A stretch of DNA of 64,000 nt from an uncultured Candidatus Rokubacteria bacterium (GTDB lineage Bacteria > Methylomirabilota > Methylomirabilia > Rokubacteriales > DASRDR01): assembly GCA_963805625.1 (NCBI GenBank), contig CAWDVE010000010.1, positions 128,001-192,000 of the forward strand, read 5' to 3'. Made by a program: the position numbers and the translations under genes. Below are positions 9,588 through 16,801 of the stretch, piece after piece (position 1 is the stretch's first letter; each line of letters starts with the position of its first letter). The notes under the pieces were generated by a model. The model searched no databases. It had not been told where the DNA came from and saw only the letters and a program-made list of their open reading frames with translations.

Positions 9588-10903
9588 TGTTGTATCCTCT
9601 CAAGTATATCCCAGAATCCCGGGAACGATTTATTCACGCACTCCGCATGGGTGATGGTAACCCCGCCGATTCCCATACCCAGCACCGCAAAACTCATCGC
9701 CGTGCGGTGGTCATTGGCCGGATCAATGGGAGCCCCGTGGAGTGGGGAGGGGCGGATGGTGATCCGGTCATGCCCGACCTCCACGTCCCCCCCGAGCGCA
9801 CGTAATCGTTCTGCAGGTACTCGTGATACGGTCGCTCTCCTTGAACTTTAAATGACTGATCCCGGTGATTGTCGAGGGTGTTGTTGCCATGGCAGCGACC
9901 ATGCAGAGCGTCTGGACGGTGTCCGGTGACGATGACATATCAACCGTGATCCCGCAGAGGTCTCCGGTCCTTTCTACCGTCACTGCATTGCCCGAACAGG
10001 TTACCGTACATCCCATAGACCTGAGTGCGTCAGGAAATCTCCGGTCACCCTGTACGGAATCCGGGTTCAGGTTTTTTACCGTTACCCTGCCGCCACAGAC
10101 CGCCGCAAGTGCGAAAAAATAGGAGGCTGACGAATAATCCCCTTCAACAGCATACGTCCTGCCCAGGTACTTCCGGTTGTTGTGTACAAAAAAGCGGGCA
10201 TATCCCTCTCGTTTGAAATCCGCTCCAAAAGCCTGCATCACCTCGAGGGTGATATCAAGATAGGACCGGGAGGATGGAGGGGAGGGGATGACAAGCTCAA
10301 CGTCTGTTTCTGCATACGGGGCAACAAGAAGGATCGAGGAGATGAACTGGCTGCTGATCGTGCCGTCAACAACAACGCTTCCTCCCTTAAGATCCCGCTC
10401 ACCCTGACCGGGGATATCCGTCATTTTTCACGTAATCGACAGTCGCCCGCTCACCCTGACCGGTGGATATCCGTCATTTTTCACGTAATCTGACTGATCC
10501 ACCGATACTCCGGAGTGCAGACACGAGCGGACCTATCGGGCGCTCCTGCATCCTTTCACTGCCGGTGAGGATTACCGGATTCCGGCAGAGAAGAGCAACG
10601 GACGCAAGAAGGCGAAGACTGGTCCCTGAGTTATCAAGGTCGAGAACGGTCGTTTCTTTTGTCGGAAACACGCCGTTGTTTCCCTGTATGATAATCCGGT
10701 CCGGTCCTTCCGTAATCGCCAGAACCCAGTGCTTTGAGGGCCTGTATCGTCAGCCGGGTATCTTCAGCATAGAGCGGATTGAGTATCGTCGTTGTACCGT
10801 TCCCGAGGGATCCGGTGAGGAGCGCCCGGTGCGTGTAGCTCTTGGACGGCGGTGCAGTGACCTCCACATCCACCGTCCCCTGGCGCCGGAGCGTGATGTT
10901 CAT
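9584..10903 (-). pseudogene. aroA: EPSP synthase (3-phosphoshikimate 1-carboxyvinyltransferase), split by several frameshifts and a 52-bp duplication; probably read errors
   Basis: Successive fragments carry PPSKSYTHRAL, NSGTSLR, RMQERPI, ISSQFISS, EGDYSSA, KESDRI, DHRTAM and KSFPGFW in different frames (10634-10903, 10474-10671, 9768-10424, 9584-9784). Confidence 0.88.
10394..10494. repeat. Imperfect tandem duplication (period about 52 bp) inside aroA
   Basis: CCCGCTCACCCTGACCGG(T)GGATATCCGTCATTTTTCACGTAATC(T)GAC at 10394-10440 and 10446-10494. Confidence 0.92.
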
Positions 10904-11691
10904 GTCGGTATCCCGAGTTTCCGGTAGCAGCCCAGTTCCCTGACCTCAGTAATGGACTTAAGTTCGTCAAGCGCCTCGCGGGTATCTGCCGACCATGCAT
11001 AGTCAAGGAAGAACACATAATTTCCCATGCCCCGTTTGGACGGACGCGACTCAATCCGGGTAAGATTGATATTCCGCCGTGCAAAAACCCCGAGCAGGTC
11101 ATACAGGAGGCCGGCCCGATCCGTGCTTGGGTCGATGACGATACTGCACTTCTGTGCTTCGTCCGCACCGGGGTGCGTGCGGGAAACCAGGACGAACCGC
11201 GTTGTATTGGATGCATTATTCTCGACATTTGAGAGAATAACGGGGATTTTGTAGAGCGATGCCGCTGATACGGAGAGTATTGCCCCTGCGTTGGGAGTTT
11301 TCCGTGCTTCAAGAGCGCTGGAGGCATTACTGCTGGTATGGATGACCGGCACTCCCCATTCCCGTATCCGTTCACTGCACTGTTCGTGAGTCTGCGGGTG
11401 GGCATAGACCACCCTCATCCGTGAAAGAGGGACTCCGGATGCAAGATGGTGGTGGATGGGCATGAATATCTCCGCGGTAATAAACAGGGGGAACTTCAGC
11501 AACCCGTCGAGGGTCTCACCCACTCCCCCGGCTTCAGAGTTCTCGAGGGGCACCAGCCCGTCTCCTTCACCCGAGGCGACGGCAGCAAAGATATCATGGA
11601 TGGTCGATGCCAGCCGGATATCCGGCCATTGCATCCGTAGGGCAAGCTCGTGGGAGAAGGTCCCCTGCGGTCCCAGCGTGATAATGGTCAT
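10900..11691 (-). CDS. pheA: Prephenate dehydratase with ACT domain
   Basis: LGPQGTFSH, PLENSEAG, NTTRF and INLTRIESRP motifs. Confidence 0.95.
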   Translation of the reverse strand: MTIITLGPQGTFSHELALRMQWPDIRLASTIHDIFAAVASGEGDGLVPLENSEAGGVGETLDGLLKFPLFITAEIFMPIHHHLASGVPLSRMRVVYAHPQTHEQCSERIREWGVPVIHTSSNASSALEARKTPNAGAILSVSAASLYKIPVILSNVENNASNTTRFVLVSRTHPGADEAQKCSIVIDPSTDRAGLLYDLLGVFARRNINLTRIESRPSKRGMGNYVFFLDYAWSADTREALDELKSITEVRELGCYRKLGIPT

Positions 11692-12512
11692 CGGTTCACC
11701 ATGTATTCGATCAGGGCATCGGTCGTTGTCATTCCCTCTGCGGCCCAGGCACCAAAATGCCTGCTGTCTGCAACAAAAAATTCCCGGAACAGTTCAGGCT
11801 GGTCTGATGCTACAATCCGGCTGAGATCTCCGGCAGCGGATGTGCAGGCAGAGAGGACTTCCGGTACATACGGGTTCAGCTGGAGAATATCCGCGTAGAG
11901 CGACGGGTCCTGCGATAGCAACCGCCCGACAAGGGCCAGTTCGATCTGGTAGACCGGGCTGGTAAATGCCCGGGTAGTTTCGATATCGATACCCAGGCGC
12001 CGGACTGAATCTGCCATGCAGAGGGTAACAAAGTGCGTGAGACCCTGGACAACGGCCATCATCCGGTCATGGGCTTCGGGAGTCGTGATGGTGCATTCTG
12101 CACCTTCTGCCCTGAGGATGGCAAGCAGCCCGCTGAGTGTGTCGTCACGGGCACGTGCCGGGCAGACGATGATGGTCTGGTGCCGGAGGGAACTGACGGT
12201 CGGCCCGAACATCGGGTGCAATCCTATGACCTGGGCCTTTGATCCCAGCATGGCTTCTACCGGACGCACCTTCAGCGAGGTCAGGTCGCACAGGAGCTGG
12301 TCCTCTGAGAGCAGGGGGGCGATCTCCTGTATGACCCGGACCGTGTCGCGGATGGGTACCGATACCATGACAAGATCGCATTCTCCGGCAAGTGCAGCCG
12401 GAGTGAGTGCCGTGGACCGCCCGGCCACCTCCACCTCGTATCCCGCCCGCTGTAAAATCCCGGCAAAGATCGCCCCCATCTTTCCGGTGCCGCCAATAAT
12501 TCCTGCCTTCAC
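11688..12512 (-). CDS. tyrA: Prephenate dehydrogenase
   Basis: GIIGGTGKMG Rossmann motif, DLTSLK, HPMFGP, HDRMMAVVQGLTHF; GTG start at 12512. Confidence 0.93.
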   Translation of the reverse strand: MKAGIIGGTGKMGAIFAGILQRAGYEVEVAGRSTALTPAALAGECDLVMVSVPIRDTVRVIQEIAPLLSEDQLLCDLTSLKVRPVEAMLGSKAQVIGLHPMFGPTVSSLRHQTIIVCPARARDDTLSGLLAILRAEGAECTITTPEAHDRMMAVVQGLTHFVTLCMADSVRRLGIDIETTRAFTSPVYQIELALVGRLLSQDPSLYADILQLNPYVPEVLSACTSAAGDLSRIVASDQPELFREFFVADSRHFGAWAAEGMTTTDALIEYMVNR

Positions 12513-12516
12513 GGTT

Positions 12517-13504
12517 TCACTTCTCAACAATGGTCTCTTTGACCGCCATGCCAAAATGCCTGCCGCCTGCAAGGGTGCATCCCATGATACGGTCCCCGAC
12601 AGCGAGGTTCACGACCGATATCGCATCTCCTCCGGGTGCAACCAGGCGGATGGTCTCGGCATTCTGGAGGATCAGGCTGACCTTTGCAGCCGGCTGCCTC
12701 CGCTTCCACCAGGAGCAGCGGACGCCGCTCGATCTTGGTCCTCCCCACAATGGCTGAATGTGCCTTTCCCGCTGCATCGGTGACAAGCACCTTTCCCCCA
12801 ATCGCAAGGTCGGAGAGATACGCCGTCTTTCCATCCGGCAGCAGGATATAGGCGTGGACGGCACCGGCATTTACCCGGAACGGGCGTGGAGCAACGTACG
12901 GGTTTTCCAGCGTCTCGGCATGGACAAGGAGCATGGCAGAGGATGTATTTCCCATCAGCATTCCTTCACCCTCCGGGAGCATCGAGCAGGTATCGACACA
13001 GACCCGGTCTCCCATGCCCACCGGCTGGATTTTTGTGACCGTGAAGGGGATGAGGCCAAGGTTCACGGCCGGTGATTTGACGAGGGATGCCACTTCCCTG
13101 ACCGTTGCCGGGTCGGTCGTCTTCAGCAGGATTCCGGCTGTACCCTTTTCGAGCACGTGGAGGGCAATCTCTGCTTCCTTTGCACTGGTAACCCGGGCGA
13201 TGATCCGGTCCGACTGGGCGACGAGGTTTTCCAGCGGGATGACCGTCCAGTCGCTGGTGGTCACGATGATGAATTTTTTATCACGGATACCGGCAGCAAG
13301 GTTTTCGCTTGCCTTGTCCGTGATCATGCATTCCGCGATATCGGGACCGATTTTCAGGTCACCGTCCGGAGCAATGGTGGTAATCCTCCCCAGTCGCCGG
13401 ACCGCTCCCGCATCATCGGTGACAATGGCATCCGCACCGCTCTCGATCGCCGTCGTTGCGATCTCCTTGTTCCACGGGCGGATATCGACCCAGAACTGTT
13501 TCAT
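12517..13504 (-). CDS. 3-dehydroquinate synthase II (archaeal AroB'), single frameshift near 12690
   Basis: WTVIPLENL, GDRVCVDTCS, RPFRVNAGAVHAY and GRTKIERRPLLL; the C-terminus ILQNAETIRL...GRHFGMAVKETIVEK is in a second frame. Confidence 0.9.
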
Positions 13505-14286
13505 CCCGTGTGCCCCAGCGCCTGTTCCGGATCACTATTGTCATGGACGACTGCGCAGAGGGCTTTGACAAAAGACGTTGTGTCATCGCGCTGGAAGGAG
13601 TTCCTTCCCACGCAGACACCTGCCCCACCGACATTGACAGCGTCGCGGATGATCCTGAGGGACTCGAGGTCACCGGTCTTCTCGCCGCCGGCAATGAAGA
13701 CAGGTACCGAACAGGCCCTGACGATCTTCCCGAACGCCTCGGGATTGCCCGGGTAATTGGTCTTGATCATGTCCGCGCCCAGTTCTTCTGCCACCCGGAC
13801 CGCATGCCCGACCGACTGTGCTGAGAAGGAGTCGATCCCCTTGCCACGCGGGTAACACATGATAAGGAGCGGCATGCCCCAGCGGTTGCAGTCCCGTGCA
13901 ACATTGGCGCCGATCTCCAGCATCTTGGACTCGTTGGGTGAGCCGAGGTTGATGTGGATCGAGACCGCATCGGCGCCGAGCGCTATTGCCTCTTCCACGG
14001 TGCAGACCTGCACCTTGTCGTTCGGGTCCGGGTTGAGCGACGTGCTCCCCGAGAGGTGGATAAACAGGCCGATGTCGCGGCCGTGCTTCCGGTGCCCGCG
14101 CTTGACGAGCCCCTTGTGGAGCACGATCGCGTTTGCGCCCCCGTCACTCACGTCCGAGATGACTTTTGTCATGTCCAGCAGTCCTTCAATCTGTCCCATC
14201 GAGAACCCGTGGTCCATCGGTACGATGACCGACCGGTTCGTGTTCCGGTTCATTATCCGTTCGATCCGTATCTCTTTTCCAATCAT
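13501..14286 (-). CDS. DhnA-type class I aldolase, ADH synthase (AroA') family, paralog 2
   Basis: IVPMDHG, HLSGSTSL, GADAVSIHIN, YPRG, ELGADMIKTNY and GRNSFQ motifs. Confidence 0.9.
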   Translation of the reverse strand: MIGKEIRIERIMNRNTNRSVIVPMDHGFSMGQIEGLLDMTKVISDVSDGGANAIVLHKGLVKRGHRKHGRDIGLFIHLSGSTSLNPDPNDKVQVCTVEEAIALGADAVSIHINLGSPNESKMLEIGANVARDCNRWGMPLLIMCYPRGKGIDSFSAQSVGHAVRVAEELGADMIKTNYPGNPEAFGKIVRACSVPVFIAGGEKTGDLESLRIIRDAVNVGGAGVCVGRNSFQRDDTTSFVKALCAVVHDNSDPEQALGHTG

Positions 14287-14289
14287 GGT

Positions 14290-15080
14290 TCACACCTTCA
14301 GCAGTTCCATTGCCTCATCAACACCCTTCCCGTGATGCACGATACATGCCGCAGCCCTGACAAACCGGTCCGGCATCCGGTGCTGGAAGGCATTCCTGCC
14401 GATCGAGATCCCGGCTGCACCGCCGGCCATCGCACCTTCTATCAGCTCAAGGGTTGTGCGGTCATCGGTCTTTGAACCTCCGGCCACCACGACCGGTACC
14501 GGGCACCCCCGGGTCACCTCGCGGAAACTCTCCGGGTCACCGGTGTACACGGTCTTGACAATATCGGCGCCCAGTTCTGCTGCCACCCGTGCGGCGAGCT
14601 TGACCTGCTCGAGATCATTTGAGGTAGCGATGTTCTTCCCCCGGGGTACATCATCGCGAGGAGCGGCATGCCCCATTCCATGCATTCCACGGAAACGGCA
14701 CCAAGGTCTGCGAGCATCTTGGCTTCTGACTCGGCCCCGATGTTGACATGCATCGACACCCCATCGGCGCCCATCTTCAGGGCGTTTGTCACGGAATTGA
14801 CGAGCACCTTTTCGTTCGGGTCCGGTGCGAGCATCGTGCTTGCCGACAGGTGCAGGATTAACCCGATATCCCGTCCGCCCTGCCGATGTCCGTGGAGCGC
14901 CAGGCCCACATGGCCGATCACGGCATTTGCCCCGCCATCGGCGACAAGGTTGACGGTCTGCCCCATATCGATGAGGCCCGGGATCGGCCCGTTCGATACC
15001 CCGTGATCCATCGGGACGATGATGGTCTTCTTCGTATTACGATTCATGATCCGTTCCAGACGAATTTCCTTTCCTCTCAT
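14290..15080 (-). CDS. DhnA-type class I aldolase, ADH synthase (AroA') family, paralog 1; first gene of the operon; 1-nt deletion near 14645
   Basis: IVPMDHG...HLSAST...LAMMYP in one frame and RGKNI...[11 protein letters not shown]...GRNAFQ in another; adding one C to TACCCCGGGGG restores YPRG. Confidence 0.9.
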
Positions 15081-15094
15081 AATAACAACAACAA

Positions 15095-15143
15095 CCTCCC
15101 TCCGCATTCACACACGTTTTTATCAGTCGTGCAAACCAGAGGG
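15095..15143 (-). promoter_or_regulatory. Hairpin between the leader ORF and aroA' that pairs with the Shine-Dalgarno region (candidate attenuator)
   Basis: CCCUCUG (15143-15137) pairs with CGGAGGG (15104-15098); GUUUGCACG pairs with CGUGUGUGAAU; GGAGG motifs at 15103-15099 and 15099-15095. Confidence 0.55.
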
Positions 15144-15147
15144 CTTA

Positions 15148-15327
15148 TCAATACCAGTAATAAAACCGGTAATAAAACCGGAAATAAAAGCCAAAGAAGC
15201 TAAAAAAGCCGGAGACGCGTGACCATGCGGTCCCGACATTCAAAGACTGTTCAGAAACGATTTCACTGATGCAGCGGGAGAGCGAGCTATTAGAGATAAA
15301 GACATTCACGGGCGAAAAAACCCTCAT
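15148..15327 (-). CDS. Candidate aromatic amino acid leader peptide (59 aa)
   Basis: MRVFSPVNVFISNSSLSRCISEIVSEQSLNVGTAWSRVSGFFSFFGFYFRFYYRFYYWY, then TGA TAA; 15 of the last 19 codons are F/Y/W; ends 67 nt before the aro operon start. Confidence 0.75.
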   Translation of the reverse strand: MRVFSPVNVFISNSSLSRCISEIVSEQSLNVGTAWSRVSGFFSFFGFYFRFYYRFYYWY

Positions 15328-15376
15328 GAATGCGGTGGCACTCTTCCTGCATGGTTATTTTGTATGGGAGTATTGG

Positions 15377-15384
15377 TATTTAAG
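15377..15384 (-). promoter_or_regulatory. Putative archaeal TATA box for the leader/aro operon
   Basis: CTTAAATA on the minus strand, about 25 nt upstream of ATG 15352; BRE not obvious; very close to the contig junction. Confidence 0.45.
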
Positions 15385-15394
15385 GGTGTGTGCT

Positions 15395-15410
15395 AATGCT
15401 TAGTCCGGGT
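15395..15410. other. Junction between an archaeal moderate-GC sequence and a very high-GC bacterial sequence
   Basis: Abrupt change in composition and codon usage; the bacterial ORF ends exactly at the boundary; no mobile-element features. Confidence 0.9.
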
Positions 15411-16788
15411 CGTCGGGACGCTGGGCGAACTGAAGGCTCAGCCCGTAGCGCCCCGGCTGGCGGCGACCGCGCTCTGACGGGAGCGTCGCAGTCGGGGCCA
15501 GCGCGGACGGGGCGCCGGCATCAGTCAAGGCCGCCGGTGGCGTGTCCGGAGCGTCCCGATCGCCGGCCGCTTCCCCGGATTGGCCCGCCGGGCCGGACAT
15601 GATTTCGGCTTCGGCCGGCGGCGCTTCCGCGTGCACAGGCGTGAGCGACCCCAGCAGATCGCTCCCGACGTCCCCGTCGCCCAGTCGCCCCGTGGGCAAC
15701 CGTTGCTGCCCGCCGGCCCGCCGCTCGACGAGTGAGGCAAGCAGGGGGAAATCCTCGGCGAGCTGCCCGAGCACCGACTCCAGATCCCGTTCGACTGGTC
15801 GGGCCGCGCGGCGCCGCGCGTGGTCTCCAGGGTCCGCGAGGTCGCCCCAGACGTCGAGCTGGGCGGTGACCGCTTCCTGGATCGCCTTCCGGTACGCGAG
15901 ATACACTGCGCCGCGGACGCCAACGCGGATGAAGTCGGCCTTGTTGAGGGTGAGGCACTCCGCAAGGGCAGGGGCCTCGATCAGGCCCCCGACCCGGTCC
16001 GGCGTTGCCGGCGTCAGTCCGAGCCAGTCCCAACCCCGCTTGATCACCTTGCCGAAGGTGCTGATCGCCAGGCCGCGTTGCTCTTCGGGTAGCGGCATTC
16101 TGTCGTGGACGAGGTAGCCCGCCGCGGACGGCTTCCGCTTCCGCGCCAGACGGACCGCGATGGGTGCGGACTCTATCCCTCGCCAGCCTTCGGGCGTGAG
16201 CCGAGAGCCGTTGAGCGCGAAGCCGACGCCGTGCGGATAGTGCGCGACCAGGATGGCAGCGAACCCAGGATCGAAGAGCGGCTGGAAATGTCGGCGAAGT
16301 GTAGCCTCGACGTATCCCGGGTCGAGAAGGGGCGAGAGCGGGTTTTGCAACCGGAGCCGAACGGCCGTCCCTCGACGGACGACGAGATCAGGCGGCGAAA
16401 TCCACCGCCAGGGCGCCCGCTGCCGGGAGGTGAGCCCCCAGGCCGTCGCGACGTGAACGGCGCCCCGACGGGTCTCGGTCACGACCTGCTCCGAGACCAG
16501 GAGCCCGAGCTTGATCCCGACTCCGGCGAAGCCGATGCCCTGGCCACGCGTCTTGCTCGTGGCCGCGATGTCATGGTAGCGCGCCAGCTCGCGGCGCCGC
16601 ATGCCCTGGCCGTCATCGACGACGGTGAGCGTTGCCGTCGCACGGTCGGTCAGGAGGCCGATCTCGGTGGCGCCGGAGTCGAGCGCGTTCGCCAGGACCT
16701 CCGTGAGGATCGTCTCCTCGATCGCGCCGGGATATGCGTCCCGGAGGTCCTCGAGGAGATGCAGGAGATCGACCCGCGTCTCGCCCAT
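15400..16788 (-). CDS. GHKL (HATPase_c, Hsp90/MutL/MORC-like) ATPase, probably C-terminally truncated at the junction
   Basis: EVLANALD (N box), DDGQGM (G1) and GIGFAGVGIK (G2); the stop codon sits on the junction. Confidence 0.8.
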   Translation of the reverse strand: MGETRVDLLHLLEDLRDAYPGAIEETILTEVLANALDSGATEIGLLTDRATATLTVVDDGQGMRRRELARYHDIAATSKTRGQGIGFAGVGIKLGLLVSEQVVTETRRGAVHVATAWGLTSRQRAPWRWISPPDLVVRRGTAVRLRLQNPLSPLLDPGYVEATLRRHFQPLFDPGFAAILVAHYPHGVGFALNGSRLTPEGWRGIESAPIAVRLARKRKPSAAGYLVHDRMPLPEEQRGLAISTFGKVIKRGWDWLGLTPATPDRVGGLIEAPALAECLTLNKADFIRVGVRGAVYLAYRKAIQEAVTAQLDVWGDLADPGDHARRRAARPVERDLESVLGQLAEDFPLLASLVERRAGGQQRLPTGRLGDGDVGSDLLGSLTPVHAEAPPAEAEIMSGPAGQSGEAAGDRDAPDTPPAALTDAGAPSALAPTATLPSERGRRQPGRYGLSLQFAQRPDDPD

Positions 16789-16801
16789 CGGTGGGATCGC
16801 G

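Noticed and set aside
15019-15222. Plus-strand ORF with IKPVIKPEIKAK repeats
   Set aside because: It is the antisense reading of the aromatic-codon tract and overlaps the aroA' start. The minus-strand frame explains the sequence better.
15123-15239. Alternative minus-strand leader frames (MSGPHGHASPAFLASLAFISGFITGFITGIDKPSGLHD and MVTRLRLF)
   Set aside because: They are far less enriched in aromatic residues than the third frame. Not strictly excluded, but not preferred.
15395-15410. Inter-domain horizontal transfer or integrated element
   Set aside because: There are no mobility genes or att sites, a gene is cut at the boundary, and the bacterial side carries core housekeeping genes. A contig join is far more likely.
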